This document shows positions 32,112 to 43,736 of a stretch of DNA of 64,000 nt, piece after piece (the first letter of the stretch is position 1; each line of letters opens with the position of its first letter). A program made the translations under genes and the position numbers. The DNA is taken from the NCBI GenBank assembly GCA_965644495.1, contig CBFFSA010000002.1, positions 186,001 to 250,000 on the forward strand. Direction: 5' to 3'. Under the pieces are notes generated by a model, which saw only the letters and a program-made list of their open reading frames with translations, did not search any database and had not been told where the DNA came from. This DNA is from Perkinsela sp. CCAP 1560/9 (Eukaryota > Protista > Euglenozoa: Kinetoplastea).

Positions 32112-33722
32112 CTAGGCATCTTCCTCTTCCTCCGAGACCTCCCCTTGCTCTTCTTCATCTTCGCTGTCCCCAAGATCATACAGGGTAAGCATTCCCTTTC
32201 CAGCTTCTCGAACCAACATGTAACTGCCGTCCCCAAGCTCCAGTGTGGCATCCACAAGCACACAGAACGCACTCCACATCTTCCCCATGTTCAACCCCAC
32301 CTGTGCTGCCAGTTCACTAGGAGGCTTTGTGTCAAGCCCTAGAAACTGGTGAGAGGTGTTGCTATTGTAGAGGGATCGCGTGGCGTAGGCCAGTTTTACG
32401 TTATCCACGCCTGAAAGAGTAGCCATTGTCGCCCATCGAGTAAACTTACACGCATTCGTCTTGATGAAATGTGCAAGAACGGCACCCCGACCGGTTTGCA
32501 TTTTGTTTTTCCATTCGTTTCCACTGTGCTCGTTTAACGTAAACACACGTAACAACTCCCCTGGTTTATTCGGGGCGGATTTCAGCACGGCATCTACTTG
32601 GCATCGGCATATGACTACAATGTCCGGTGCCGAGGCCCGGCGCAGCGTCCATTGACGATACAGATATGTTGTTGAGGCCACCGGGTCTTCTCCCTCCTCA
32701 ACTGTGGCATCAAATACATTCTTGTGACGCGGAACCTCCCGGGTGAGCTTGGCGCGCTGCTTTGGGTTTACTAACATTTGCGTCAGATCCCGGCAGAGTT
32801 TGGTGGCTTCCTTGGAGAGACTACTCGCTGAGTTAATATCCCTCAGAGGGGCCTCACCGGAGTCAACAGGGGGACAAGTGGAAGTCTCATCTACCGTGTA
32901 GGCATCCGCGAGGTCGTCATCTCCACGCCAGTCCAAAAACAGTACTTGGCCAGCCCGCGTGACCTTTACGTCCCAGGAGAAGATACTACGGGGGGCCGTG
33001 AGTAGAGTAGATAAGATACTCTCATTGGTCACCACACACAGACGTTCGTCCTGCTCCTCACCTCGTGCCATCACGATTTCACGCAGCACCTCGTCCTCCA
33101 GAGGTGACACGTGGGGGTGGGTCCGTGGGGGGGCTCTCACGGGAACCGGCTTTAACGGACTAACAAAGTCGAATGAAGTATCGAAGGTGTGAAGGTGACC
33201 GTGATAGGAGAGGTCTTCGGCAGGAGACACGGAGACGTGAACCCCACTGCGTTCTAAGGTGTTCAACGGGATCCGGTGCTTTGCCTCCCACCGGTCGCGA
33301 ATAAGAACAGAGGAGAGGTGACCGACGGATTGATCTCCCAGATGACGGGGACGGCCGGGATTACCCCCTCTCGCTTTACGCGCGTCAGTTACGCCTCGTT
33401 GTTTGCTTTCGGGACGCTTCCCCGCAGTGGCGAAGTTCCGTTGCGCGGGTTTGGGTGGCAAACCGCCTGTAGACTTTTTCTTCTTTTTCTTGCCAATGTC
33501 GACCACCTCAAAAGCATCCTCGGCCTCTACTACCTCACGCATTGCGTTCTGGCCATACGGTGTAATCCCAATCCAATCACAAGCCTTGTAGGAGTGATCG
33601 ACCCGAGTAATCGGAACCACGGGGACATCTAAAAAAGTCTCTTTCGTTGGTAGCGGACCCCATCCAGAAGTGTTATACGCCAGAGGAGGAAGTTGTAAGT
33701 CGCAACGTCCGTCAGAATGCAT
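32112..33722 (-). CDS. EIF3D: Translation initiation factor eIF3 subunit D
   Basis: NTSGWGP, PRSIFSWD, TVDET, INSASSLSKEAT, YLYRQW, NACKFTRW. Confidence 0.92.
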   Translation of the reverse strand: MHSDGRCDLQLPPLAYNTSGWGPLPTKETFLDVPVVPITRVDHSYKACDWIGITPYGQNAMREVVEAEDAFEVVDIGKKKKKKSTGGLPPKPAQRNFATAGKRPESKQRGVTDARKARGGNPGRPRHLGDQSVGHLSSVLIRDRWEAKHRIPLNTLERSGVHVSVSPAEDLSYHGHLHTFDTSFDFVSPLKPVPVRAPPRTHPHVSPLEDEVLREIVMARGEEQDERLCVVTNESILSTLLTAPRSIFSWDVKVTRAGQVLFLDWRGDDDLADAYTVDETSTCPPVDSGEAPLRDINSASSLSKEATKLCRDLTQMLVNPKQRAKLTREVPRHKNVFDATVEEGEDPVASTTYLYRQWTLRRASAPDIVVICRCQVDAVLKSAPNKPGELLRVFTLNEHSGNEWKNKMQTGRGAVLAHFIKTNACKFTRWATMATLSGVDNVKLAYATRSLYNSNTSHQFLGLDTKPPSELAAQVGLNMGKMWSAFCVLVDATLELGDGSYMLVREAGKGMLTLYDLGDSEDEEEQGEVSEEEEDA

Positions 33723-33907
33723 AGTACAAAACAAGGTTCTTTTAACAATTACAATTTTTATGATGACTAATTCCTGAAAAAATATTTGTCGAAAGAATAA
33801 TTCAAAAATGGAGGTCCAAGAAAAATGTTCTCTCCCAGATAGTGGCGTACTACGGTTACATAAACGTACGTATGTGTACGTGCGTATGTGTATGAAGGTA
33901 TATTATG

Positions 33908-34168
33908 CTATGATCTAGTGTTTTTCCGGAGTTTTGACACTTCTTCCTGGGTAAACCCTTCTCGTAGAAGACAACTATAAAAGTTTTCTATCTGTCGCAC
34001 GCACTTCTTCCTGTCCTCGTTGAGCAAGATGCATTCATCTCGTTCTCTGCGTTCTATTGGGCAAGCACAGCATATTTTGCAAGTTGGTGTCTTCGTCGAT
34101 TTGTCAGGAACATTGTATTGATTTTCACTTTCGGGTGAAGAGGTTTCTCCTTGGATTGGAGAGAGCAT
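33908..34168 (-). CDS. COX17: Copper chaperone COX17
   Basis: CKICCACP..R.ERDEC twin CX9C, ending ...C...EGF. Confidence 0.92.
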   Translation of the reverse strand: MLSPIQGETSSPESENQYNVPDKSTKTPTCKICCACPIERRERDECILLNEDRKKCVRQIENFYSCLLREGFTQEEVSKLRKNTRS

Positions 34169-34569
34169 CAGCAAAAAAGGAAATACAACAAAAAAGTTAT
34201 AGCAAGAGACACACGAAATACGACAGAGAAGTTATTGAAAAAGTTTTATCACCTATATGGTACGTGGAAATACATGCTTGTATGTAAAATAGATTTTGTT
34301 ACTAACTTAGACTAGCGAATTCCTGAACTAAATAGGCTTGTTTTCACAACCTCGCTGAGTGCATTAAAGATGTTGAGCCCCATTTTTACGCAGAAAAAAC
34401 AAAAAAATAGACGAGCAATATTTCGGACATACAGCCCGAGTCTGTATACGTCTGTATAGTATACAAATTTAATAGGAGAATTAGAATAGTATTAGAAAAA
34501 GAGAATATATGGAAATCGTACTTCAAATGAGAGTGATAATATAGCATTTAATTCGTTACTGATTGTGCT

Positions 34570-35253
34570 TTAGGAATGTCCTGAAGGAGCGACGATTTGC
34601 CTAGCTACACCATTCGTCCAATGCGCTGTCAGAGTAATGCGAAATGTACACATTCGAATTCCCCAAAGCTTTAATAACTGCGCGGCATTACTTGTAAGAG
34701 CACACCCTTTGGTGCAAACTGGAGTATCCTCGCGCACATGAATTACTCCATGGTCTAATTTCACCGGAAGACCTAAATGCGCTAATTGCTCACTCATGTT
34801 ATGAGGAAATGTTTCCGTTGAAAGAGAACCCGAGGGTATGACAAAGTCATGAGTTGCGAGTGCCCCAGTACGGGCAAAATCTTCTCGTACGAAAGTTTCA
34901 TGAAAGAAAGTCTTTATTTCATTTTTTGAAAGTCTCGTGAAAAGCAAACCAACGCTCCCTTTTAAGAAACGAACAAGTTTGTATATATTTGGTGCAACAC
35001 TCTCCTCTTCGTTGCGGCCTAACGCGACGGCCATAACACGATTACTTCCCATAAACATCCGACTATCTGCCTGTCGCTCTAAACGAATTTGCTTAAGAAA
35101 ACTGGCCCGGAGATTAGTATAATCAAATGTATAAAGATGCGGATATTCCTTTAGAGCTTCTCGTATGGTTTCGATAAGGGTTTCCTTATGAGATCGGCCT
35201 TTCGGCTTGCTCCGGGTTAGGTGCTCAACGCGAACGCGTTTCGATCGAGGCAT
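34570..35253 (-). CDS. MRT4: Ribosome assembly factor MRT4
   Basis: MPRSKR, FMGSNRVMAVALG, GLLFT, DFARTG, AAQLLKL. Confidence 0.95.
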   Translation of the reverse strand: MPRSKRVRVEHLTRSKPKGRSHKETLIETIREALKEYPHLYTFDYTNLRASFLKQIRLERQADSRMFMGSNRVMAVALGRNEEESVAPNIYKLVRFLKGSVGLLFTRLSKNEIKTFFHETFVREDFARTGALATHDFVIPSGSLSTETFPHNMSEQLAHLGLPVKLDHGVIHVREDTPVCTKGCALTSNAAQLLKLWGIRMCTFRITLTAHWTNGVARQIVAPSGHS

Positions 35254-35465
35254 TGACGAACAATTTGTGTATCTAAAAAACTTTTCGAAAAAAACGACAC
35301 TTTCTGATTTAAGTGATATTTAATAGTTACTGCAGCTCGAATCCCGAGACCTACGTTTTTAAGCACAACTATTTGCCCCCAAATCGAAGATTATCCTCGA
35401 TCCACCCTACCCCGGACACCATAAAGAAGGGAGAGGCAGAGGTTGTAAAACCCCCGCAATTTTTC

Positions 35466-35578
35466 TTTTTTAGTCGCTTCGTTAGACGCGGTGGCAGTTT
35501 TCAACGCGAAGCTCGCAGCATGAGTCATTTCTATGTATGTTGAAAACAACCACCGCGTTTAACGGAGCGACAAAAAAA
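35466..35578. repeat. Foldback: ~40-bp imperfect inverted repeat with a 33-bp spacer
   Basis: GTCGCTTCGTTAGACGCGGTGGCAGTTTTCAAC / GTTGAAAACAACCACCGCGTTTAACGGAGCGAC. Confidence 0.8.
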
Positions 35579-35604
35579 TTATGCATCATAGTGTACTGAT
35601 ACTA

Positions 35605-36113
35605 CCGGGCGTTACTTAATTACGATTAACGGTTAAAATTTCGTCGATTTTAACCTTAAATCGGTTAACCGTAATTAGGGAGTAACCGTAATTAAGAAAT
35701 TCCGTAAATAGAGAAAATGGGTTATGCAAAGACCGCAACGAATTTCAACATCAATGAAACGATAACAATTAATCATCAACTAGATTCGAATCAACTAGAT
35801 TTGAAAGTGCGTTGTAGCTTTCTTCTAGTGGTATCCGCATCATCGTTGCGTTCCCCGCAGCCAAGTCCAAGCTATAATGTTTCCAAGCCCCTCGTAATGC
35901 AATTATCTGATGGTGGCGCATTCCACATTGTACGAGGAATGCCAGTCGCTCTATTCCTCGCCCAGGCGACTTTCTGCTTCCCGATATTCCAGTCACAGGG
36001 CGCATAAAAATATTTTGCTCGGAAAATAAAAATGTCAGTTTAAATCTTAAATAGATTAACCGTAATTAGGTAAAAACTGTAATTAAGGGCAACCGTAATT
36101 AAGTAACGCCCGG
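35605..36113 (+). mobile_element. Internally deleted Tc1/pogo-like DNA transposon
   Basis: Perfect 20-bp TIR CCGGGCGTTACTTAATTACG, TA on both sides, subterminal CCGTAATTA repeats; possible relic peptides GYAKTATNFNINE and QLSDGGAF. Confidence 0.85.
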
Positions 36114-36904
36114 TAACCGTTACTAACATTATTTTGTATGATTCTAACGAAATACATTACTTATGAAATACATTACTTACCAGTATACTTTGCGGGAGCT
36201 TTTCAGGAAGCAAAATGCTGCATTTTTCATGAACAAAAGTAATTTCGAAACAACTGCGTCAAACAGTGTGATCATCACGAATTGGAGTAAGAATAATGAA
36301 AACAAAAACATAATAGAATATAGTACATGTAAACCGAGTTCCGGGTTATTGTGCCCCCCCTCCTCCCGGCACAATAACTACACCCCCTTTCATTGAGAAT
36401 GATAATTGAAAAAAATTCACCTCAGGCTGTGACAATTACTCAAACATTATCAAAAAAAATTCAGTAGTCGGAAGTGTCCTCTGGTTCTCCAGCTTCACTA
36501 CCACTGGTAGCCACATAGATTTCCTGGATATCTGTTTCGTCACTTTCGCCACCGGAAAGGCCGACAGACCCTTCATCTTCTTCTAGCTATTGGACACTAC
36601 TTCTCGATGGCGATCAAGTCCATCTCAAAAAAATGAATACACGAAGAACAGAGATCAGCATGTTGATGAAAACATGTCCATAATGAAGGGAGGTGACTGC
36701 TCCAGTCCACTACTAACCATATACAGTGGTTTCAAGATATCTCCACCCTGCGGAAATTTGAATTTCTTTATACACTTTTTTCTCATTTTTGCAGCATTGG
36801 ATAGATCTCGTTCTCTTGGTGAAGAGCTTCATCCCCACTCTTCCCCCTACATGACTTGGCCGTTCAGACTGCCACTGGTTGCCATGAGTGTCACAGACTG
36901 CCAT

Positions 36905-36971
36905 AAGAACCAGGCAAAACCAGGCAAAACTTGGCAAAACCCGGCAAAACTTAACAGGTTTCAACCCTCTA
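36905..36971. repeat. Solo hAT-like terminus with GGCAAAAC tandem repeats
   Basis: 4 x GGCAAAAC followed by ACAGGTTTCAACCCTCTA. Confidence 0.7.
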
Positions 36972-37030
36972 ATATGTCATAGAAAAAAGATCACGAAAAG
37001 CATAAATGTTCGTGCCACATAATACATTTT

Positions 37031-39790
37031 TTAAACATCATCGAAAAATAAAATGTCCCGTTCGTGATGTAACAACTGCTTTTTCACACGTTCCAAGTTT
37101 TCGATTGAACATAGCACTTTGTTGAAAGTAGGATATGATGATTCAAGTTTCATAGAACCGCAATGAAAAGACAACAAGTTTAATGTCTTTAATGTGACAA
37201 CCGCCAAACATTCGAAAGTACTAGGGCGCTGATTTTTCTCAGGCCAAGAATAAACCATCTTTGTATATTCTAAAAACGGATTTGAATCTGGATTTGCGAA
37301 GGAGTTCTTCAACAGATCCAAAGAAATGGTCGCGCTTTCCTGTATGGAGTAGTAGCAGTCAAGGGTCGCCGAAACCAGTTCTAACAAACAGGAGGAAATA
37401 TCACTTTTAGGTAACACATGATGTGCTCGGTGTCCAGAAACCTCAGAAAACAAGGATTCTGACCCAACTGGATAGTGGAGACGATATAAAGTGTATAACG
37501 GAACCGATGCACTATGTACATCTTCGTTAATACTATTTTTAACTGCAATTTGCACAAGTTTTTGATAAATACTTAGCGAGATCGTACGACCGCCGTCGTG
37601 CGAAATAGACTCTGCGTGATGCAAGATTCGTTCGAGGTATTCTGCGAAATACTTTCTCGAATGATGTTTAGAAGCTTCGTGCCACAAGAAAATAGAAGCG
37701 CAAACTTCGTTGATCATAGTCTTGTTGCCAGAAGAAAGACCATTGGAGAAAATTGTTGCCCACTTTTGCCTATGTTCCTTGCTGCAAACATTTTCTATTG
37801 TATCAACAGCAAATTTTGGTTCAAGAGAGAGTAAAAGACAGATGCTGCAAGTTCTAAAGGCATAGACACATACATTTGATTTTTGAGCAGTTGAAGAGAA
37901 TTTGATTAGGAAATTCCATGCAGAACCTAAAAATCTTTGAAGAGGAATGTTGTAGAGAAGATCAGATTTCATGACGAATAACCCACAGAGTATCGATGCA
38001 AGAGGTCGGTATTCTAGATCGATGTTACTCCAAATAATAGTCTTGAGAATACGTTCGAACAAAGACAAGAATGCGTCGCATTCTGCGCTAAAAGCTTCAT
38101 TTGATGTCGTAATCGCGTCAACTAACGCTCCAGCAAAGTATACTAATGGAATAGAAAGTTCAGAGTTTTGACAAGACTCAGTAAAAATCTTCAGTTGTTG
38201 CCAAATGGACGAGTCAAGATCAGATAGAGCACAGCAAATTGAGGCAAGTGTATGTAAGCCTAATTTACAAGTTGAAATGTCGTTGTCCTTCGCGAGGATT
38301 AGGAACAGAACACAACATAAAAAATCATGCAAATATGTACCGGCGAACAAATCTCGTTGATCATTCAAGGGATTGCAAGCGAAATCCAGAGATGAAGAGT
38401 TGCTTAATGGAGAAAGTGAGGTAAATGTACTCTTTTCTCGGCTAGGATCATCGTGCGAAGTAAAAGGATTTTCTAAGCATGACTTCAAACTTGGTGTCTC
38501 CAATGCGTGACACAATGATATGAAAAAGCTTACTAGCCACGTCTCCTCCGTATCCAATTGAAATCTTGGTTGTCGAGAGCGCCAAATATGTGCCAGGCGA
38601 GAGAGACCGAGCAATGTAGCATACCGGTTCCTTTTTGAAGGGGAGCTAGCCCCATGCTTAAAAGCTGATAGAAGATCCGAAATATAGGACGAGCATAAAA
38701 TGCTAGGATAAGTTGTGTACATTGCATATAAAACTTTGAGGCTCTCCTCGAATCGATCATCATCCTTGTGGCATATATGAATAAGTTCGTAGACAATTCG
38801 GTGTCCGCTCCAGGAAGAAAGAAAAAGAAGAATTTTGTCAGACGGATACTTCCTAAGAAAAACGTTTCGTAGTACCTGTGCCGCATCTCCTTGTAACTGC
38901 GCACTCCTAGAAGAAATAATGCTGCAGTAAAAATTACCTGACAGAAAAGAGAGAAGAACTGTCAAAGCTTCAGGCATTGCATTATACGGTGTGGAAATAA
39001 CTATTTGCTGCCATACGCGGCACAAAGCTCCATGCAAGTCAGAATAGTCCTCATGTTTTTCAAGGAATTTCCTCAATCCATAATGAGTACACAAAAGAAC
39101 GCTACGATATTTGTCCATGCGAGATGTGTATGATAGATTTTTATGTGTAGCAGTACGAGGCGTGACCAAATAAACTTTGAAGAGGTTATCCAGAAAATCG
39201 TGCGAATGCTGGAATAAAGAATGAATGCAGTTAAAAGCAGCCAATTTGGCGCGTATGTAGTCATCATGTAGCACAATTGAAAACAAATGACGTCCAAACG
39301 GCGAGTCTACTTCAGCCTTGTACTTTGGTAAAATATATTCCCAATGCTCAAGGAGCGCTTTCGGATAGAATCTTGCCAGGGCGTCTAATACGACAATAAC
39401 GTAAAATCTGAAATCTTCGTACAATTTTCGAAGACGTTGATTACAATAAGATCTCTTCCCGTCAGTTTTGAAAAGAAAGGCACACGGGAAAACATCCTTT
39501 ACAATGATTCCCACCGCTGCTGAAGTGACAAATTCCAATGAATTATCGACCAAAGCAATTGTAAGACCCTGAAGAAGTGCTATTAGCGCGTCCCATTGCC
39601 TTTCCTTTTCTACAAAGGTTTCTGAGCTAATATTCACGAGCGTCATTACGAGAGAATGAAAGAACTCAGGCTTGGTGGTATCTAGAGGAAAACTCAGAGA
39701 ACACACCTTCAGAAGCCTCTTATTTATAGCTTCTGTAGAAGGAAGACGGTCCCGAGCAGGAAACTTTCTACGGGGTTCGTCAGCTACCAT
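37031..39790 (-). CDS. HEAT-repeat protein, HEATR6/DUF4042-like
   Basis: LHDDYIRAKLAA, SYTS, THYGL, STPYNAMP pattern; all-helical 919 aa. Confidence 0.7.
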   Translation of the reverse strand: MVADEPRRKFPARDRLPSTEAINKRLLKVCSLSFPLDTTKPEFFHSLVMTLVNISSETFVEKERQWDALIALLQGLTIALVDNSLEFVTSAAVGIIVKDVFPCAFLFKTDGKRSYCNQRLRKLYEDFRFYVIVVLDALARFYPKALLEHWEYILPKYKAEVDSPFGRHLFSIVLHDDYIRAKLAAFNCIHSLFQHSHDFLDNLFKVYLVTPRTATHKNLSYTSRMDKYRSVLLCTHYGLRKFLEKHEDYSDLHGALCRVWQQIVISTPYNAMPEALTVLLSFLSGNFYCSIISSRSAQLQGDAAQVLRNVFLRKYPSDKILLFLSSWSGHRIVYELIHICHKDDDRFEESLKVLYAMYTTYPSILCSSYISDLLSAFKHGASSPSKRNRYATLLGLSRLAHIWRSRQPRFQLDTEETWLVSFFISLCHALETPSLKSCLENPFTSHDDPSREKSTFTSLSPLSNSSSLDFACNPLNDQRDLFAGTYLHDFLCCVLFLILAKDNDISTCKLGLHTLASICCALSDLDSSIWQQLKIFTESCQNSELSIPLVYFAGALVDAITTSNEAFSAECDAFLSLFERILKTIIWSNIDLEYRPLASILCGLFVMKSDLLYNIPLQRFLGSAWNFLIKFSSTAQKSNVCVYAFRTCSICLLLSLEPKFAVDTIENVCSKEHRQKWATIFSNGLSSGNKTMINEVCASIFLWHEASKHHSRKYFAEYLERILHHAESISHDGGRTISLSIYQKLVQIAVKNSINEDVHSASVPLYTLYRLHYPVGSESLFSEVSGHRAHHVLPKSDISSCLLELVSATLDCYYSIQESATISLDLLKNSFANPDSNPFLEYTKMVYSWPEKNQRPSTFECLAVVTLKTLNLLSFHCGSMKLESSYPTFNKVLCSIENLERVKKQLLHHERDILFFDDV

Positions 39791-40095
39791 GCTGAAAAGA
39801 TCGCTGACGTATAAACTGGGGTGCTCGTGTAGAAATCAACGCGATGAACAAGTGGTCACCGTTTGCCCAAAAAACCAGAGATGTTATATGCCGTATTTAA
39901 GCCCATGTAAAATAGTTCCTCGTTAAAAAAAAACCTCTGCTTCACAGATTCATAATAAGTAGATATGATGGCACTAGCAAAAATAAAACTATAAGCGCCA
40001 AAATTCAGTGCCAAAATAATAATTTGATTTATAAGACTAAATACCCAATTAAAATGTGAAAAATACTTCTCAGAGGGAATAACTACGTATCACCA

Positions 40096-41793
40096 CTACT
40101 TGCGCAGAAATGGAAGGATTTTACTATCTAACGGCCTGACTAGTGCTCTGCAAAACCTCATGTGTCGACAAAGACCGTAGTGTCCATGATCACGAGCAGC
40201 CGCAGAAATCTTCACATACAGACTTGGATCAAAAAACTCGAAAAATGATGTCTCCGAAAGATGAAGCATAAAATAATAAATCTCTTCAATATCACCTACG
40301 TCTAGTAGTGTATGTAGGAGAGTTTCTACAGTCTCAATTGTATCACATGCAAATGTTCGACGATTCGCAGCGTGAGATTCATTATAGGATGTTGAAACAG
40401 GAACTGAACGAAATTGATACAAGCAGCGAGAAAGTTTACGTGTAAGATCACTGTTTCTGCCTTTACAACTAACAACATTTTTATCTTTTAACGACTTCAG
40501 TAGAGCTTCACACAGAACTTGTAGAGTTCTGGGTATTGCAGGGATACACGTAAATATCCTTTGTATAAAAGAACCTGACTTATTAGAATCCGTAGAATTG
40601 ATGTAAGTAAGCCAATAAAGAGTGCTTAAAGCACCACGTCGCCGTGCAAGCTCTTCAACAGCTAGGCTAAGTTTAACATCTATCCCATTTACGGATTTCT
40701 CACCAAATGATCCCTGTACAGATGGATCGAGCTCCGTCATGATGTAGTTTTGCAATTCTGCGCTCGACATTGTACTATCCTGTAGTTTTAATTGAAGTTC
40801 TATATCGGATAGGTTTATAGATTCAGAACATGAAGTTATTTTATCGCCTGTCAACACCTTACCTGTTGGTTTCACACTGCGTATCAATTGGCAATGCATT
40901 TCCCGTGCCTCTTGATGCTTCCTCCCAAACAATAACGCCTCGCAAAAATAAAGTGATGCTTTAGGGTACTGGAAAGGATGCCTCGTAAGGGAGGGAAACA
41001 TTTTTTCCAGGATATGCAGAAAGTTGTCATCGCCGGACACACGCAGACCATATATCACAATTGAAAGAATCTCATCCCAATGGGCGTAGTTCGCTGGCGC
41101 GGCTCCACGCTTGCGATAAACTGCCTCATAATCCTTGGCGTCTTCCACAAAACCCTCCGACACATCCATGATGCCCATGAGAAGAATCTTCATGCCTGGA
41201 ACACAACCTAAAAGAGATAAGCACTGGAGTATATCCATAGAAAAGTTATACAACGTTTTATTCGTCGCAACACGAAGTGTGGTGCGGCCAAGCACACTAG
41301 CACGCTGCTTTTGCAACGGGCAATTGGATAGATAAGGGCGGGTGACAAGATCTAGTGTCACTCTCCATAAGGGAAGTAGCAAATCCTCTGCTATATGCGG
41401 CGCAATGCGACCTTGCCCTTCCCAGAGGAGCGTGTGAAGGTATCCCACCGAAGTAGCTAATTTTTCAACAATCTCTTCCGGGAGAGGACGTCGTCCGGAA
41501 GAGCCTAGTTCTTGAAGAAGCATCAGGACACGTGAATAGTTGCGCTCCGCTGTGTGGGAAAGCAACAAATGGTGTAGAATTTCATCACCTGGAACATAAC
41601 CATGGGAAGAAGCAAGACGTTGATACTGTCGTTCCTTTTCGGTAGAAGTTTTGGAGGCAAACAATTGCTCCCGTATGGAAAGATAGGTTGGAGTATTATG
41701 TCGAGAACAGTTTAACGTACGAACGAAGGGGAGCTTAATAAGATGTTGGGTTGATGATTCAGCGTGATATTGCAGTTTTTGCCGGAAGAACAT
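40096..41793 (-). CDS. Hypothetical helical protein, possibly mitochondrial
   Basis: 565-aa ORF with a basic MFFRQK N-terminus. Confidence 0.75.
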   Translation of the reverse strand: MFFRQKLQYHAESSTQHLIKLPFVRTLNCSRHNTPTYLSIREQLFASKTSTEKERQYQRLASSHGYVPGDEILHHLLLSHTAERNYSRVLMLLQELGSSGRRPLPEEIVEKLATSVGYLHTLLWEGQGRIAPHIAEDLLLPLWRVTLDLVTRPYLSNCPLQKQRASVLGRTTLRVATNKTLYNFSMDILQCLSLLGCVPGMKILLMGIMDVSEGFVEDAKDYEAVYRKRGAAPANYAHWDEILSIVIYGLRVSGDDNFLHILEKMFPSLTRHPFQYPKASLYFCEALLFGRKHQEAREMHCQLIRSVKPTGKVLTGDKITSCSESINLSDIELQLKLQDSTMSSAELQNYIMTELDPSVQGSFGEKSVNGIDVKLSLAVEELARRRGALSTLYWLTYINSTDSNKSGSFIQRIFTCIPAIPRTLQVLCEALLKSLKDKNVVSCKGRNSDLTRKLSRCLYQFRSVPVSTSYNESHAANRRTFACDTIETVETLLHTLLDVGDIEEIYYFMLHLSETSFFEFFDPSLYVKISAAARDHGHYGLCRHMRFCRALVRPLDSKILPFLRK

Positions 41794-42211
41794 GACGGCG
41801 CTAAACGCTCAGTGGAAGTTATCAAAAGCTTGATTTGATCCCAATTGATATCGCATCGATATTTGATAGTATAAATTACTGCATAGTTTTCATAAGGAGG
41901 CAAACAAACGGCGGTTACAATGAAAATATAATATCTTATTATATATTCCAATTGAAACTGAAGGATTGTAATGTAGCTGAGAGTGTACTCCATGATTATA
42001 TTAATGAGCACCAAAATATCGTATAATGTCGTATAATGCACCAAAATGTCGTATAATGACCATGATTATCACGTTTAAAAAACGCACCTGAAAAGCGCAT
42101 TATTTGTGTATCTTGATGTCAATTTAATCTCCTAATTTTGCTTTGTCCACTTTCCCCGTTCTTTGCCATTACATTATCACACAAACTTCATTCACATTCG
42201 CATGCTTCAAA

Positions 42212-42856
42212 TTAGTAAAGTCGCTGTGGTTTTCCCATGGTTGACTTTAAGTACACACTGCTGAGGTTTTGCCAATTCTTCTTTAAGAGGGAGACGAGGA
42301 AATTGATGGCCATAGTTGTGTTCTGCCGTACTTCATCGTCACCCATCTTCAAATGACCCACGCAACATGCGAGACACAGAACTTTCTTCAGTTGAAACTT
42401 TACTGTGGATTGGATTTCCTTTATCTTTCCGACCAGATCATCCCCTGGAGAGACTGCAGTAGGAAACTTTCCGGCGCGATTCATTTGGGGTCCCACCACT
42501 TTCGGAACCTGCTTGATCACGGTATCGCTGGCCAGAAAGGCATCGTAGCTCTCACAAAGCTTCTTTACAAGTTTCTTGTTCTTGTTGAGTTTCTTCAAGT
42601 CATCCATGTTAATGTGGAGAATACCGAGCTTCTCTGCTTGTTCCTCGTGCGCGGCGTCTGCAATGATACATACGCGGAACCGAGGGCGAGCAATGTGAGG
42701 GAGTTTGACGGAACCGCTAAAACGCTTGTCCTTAGTGGGGTCGTAGTTCTTCAAGTTGAACTGAAGATCGACTGATTCGTTGAACTTTCGCTTCTTCTCC
42801 GGGTTCAGCACTTCTTTGATGGCACCAAGAAGGGTGGCCGGAGCGATTTTAGACAT
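42212..42856 (-). CDS. RPL10A: 60S ribosomal protein L10a (uL1)
   Basis: [37 protein letters not shown]. Confidence 0.98.
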   Translation of the reverse strand: MSKIAPATLLGAIKEVLNPEKKRKFNESVDLQFNLKNYDPTKDKRFSGSVKLPHIARPRFRVCIIADAAHEEQAEKLGILHINMDDLKKLNKNKKLVKKLCESYDAFLASDTVIKQVPKVVGPQMNRAGKFPTAVSPGDDLVGKIKEIQSTVKFQLKKVLCLACCVGHLKMGDDEVRQNTTMAINFLVSLLKKNWQNLSSVYLKSTMGKPQRLY

Positions 42857-43445
42857 TTGTTCTAACTTCTAAGGAAAGAGCGCAATACAAAACAATATGG
42901 AAACACAGAGTTGTATGATAACAAGTTTCTCTGTCTTTTTATCCTGACTACAGAAGCTCGAAAAACAATAATATATAAATATTTAGATTTTTAAAAAAAC
43001 AGGGATGTACCGTGCAATATAAATGCAACTTAATAATGACGAGAAATCGTTTCAAAAATTCTTGACGTTTTCCACTTGTCACAAAGCGTTAGTGGATTTA
43101 ATCTTTCTTGATCAAAATCTTAGATTCAAATGTACGAAACATTGCTACTTACAGATGATACCTGCACCCTCTTATAAATTCCAGCGTGGTTTATCACATT
43201 GACTCACGAAACAAGAAAAAAATTAAGCTTCTTCGCACAAGTCTTACGTTCTACGTTTCGTATGCCCTAAAAAATGAAGAAAGGTAAAATGTTCATTAGA
43301 GCGTGCATCTGCGGATACTAAACCACTGTCCAGCGTACCATATCTCTCCAGTATATTAAGAGGGGTGGACCGGGATCGGTGCGAGCGGGTGTGGCCGGGT
43401 GCGCGCGGGGATTATAAAGTAGAGATCCAAAAAAGTTAACGTATA

Positions 43446-43736
43446 CCCCCCCTCCCAGTAATAGACCCCCCCAGTAACAGAGATTTGACCATTTTTGGGC
43501 TGACCCCCAGTAACAAGGATTTGTCTCGAAAGGGTGGTTGGAGGGGGGAGGGGGTGTTTGGGCGGGGTGAGGGTGATTGCACGGGAGCGAATGGCGCAGT
43601 TGCGGGGTTGTCTGGACAGAAAATCAACCCACTCATGAACAAAAAAGGCTTTTGCCCACCAAAAAAGCGTACCCCCCACAGTAGCAAGAATTTGGTCATT
43701 TTGGTCCAAAATCGATTCTATTACTGGGGAGGGGTG
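43446..43736. mobile_element. TA-flanked MITE
   Basis: TA|CCCCCCCTCCCAGTAATAGA ... TCTATTACTGGGGAGGGGTG|TA; internal CCCCCAGTAAC repeats. Confidence 0.75.

Noticed and set aside
42010-42060. Short AT-rich tandem duplications (also ~6600, 12970, 36150, 57825, 59780, 61065)
   Set aside because: Ordinary slippage duplications with no shared motif.
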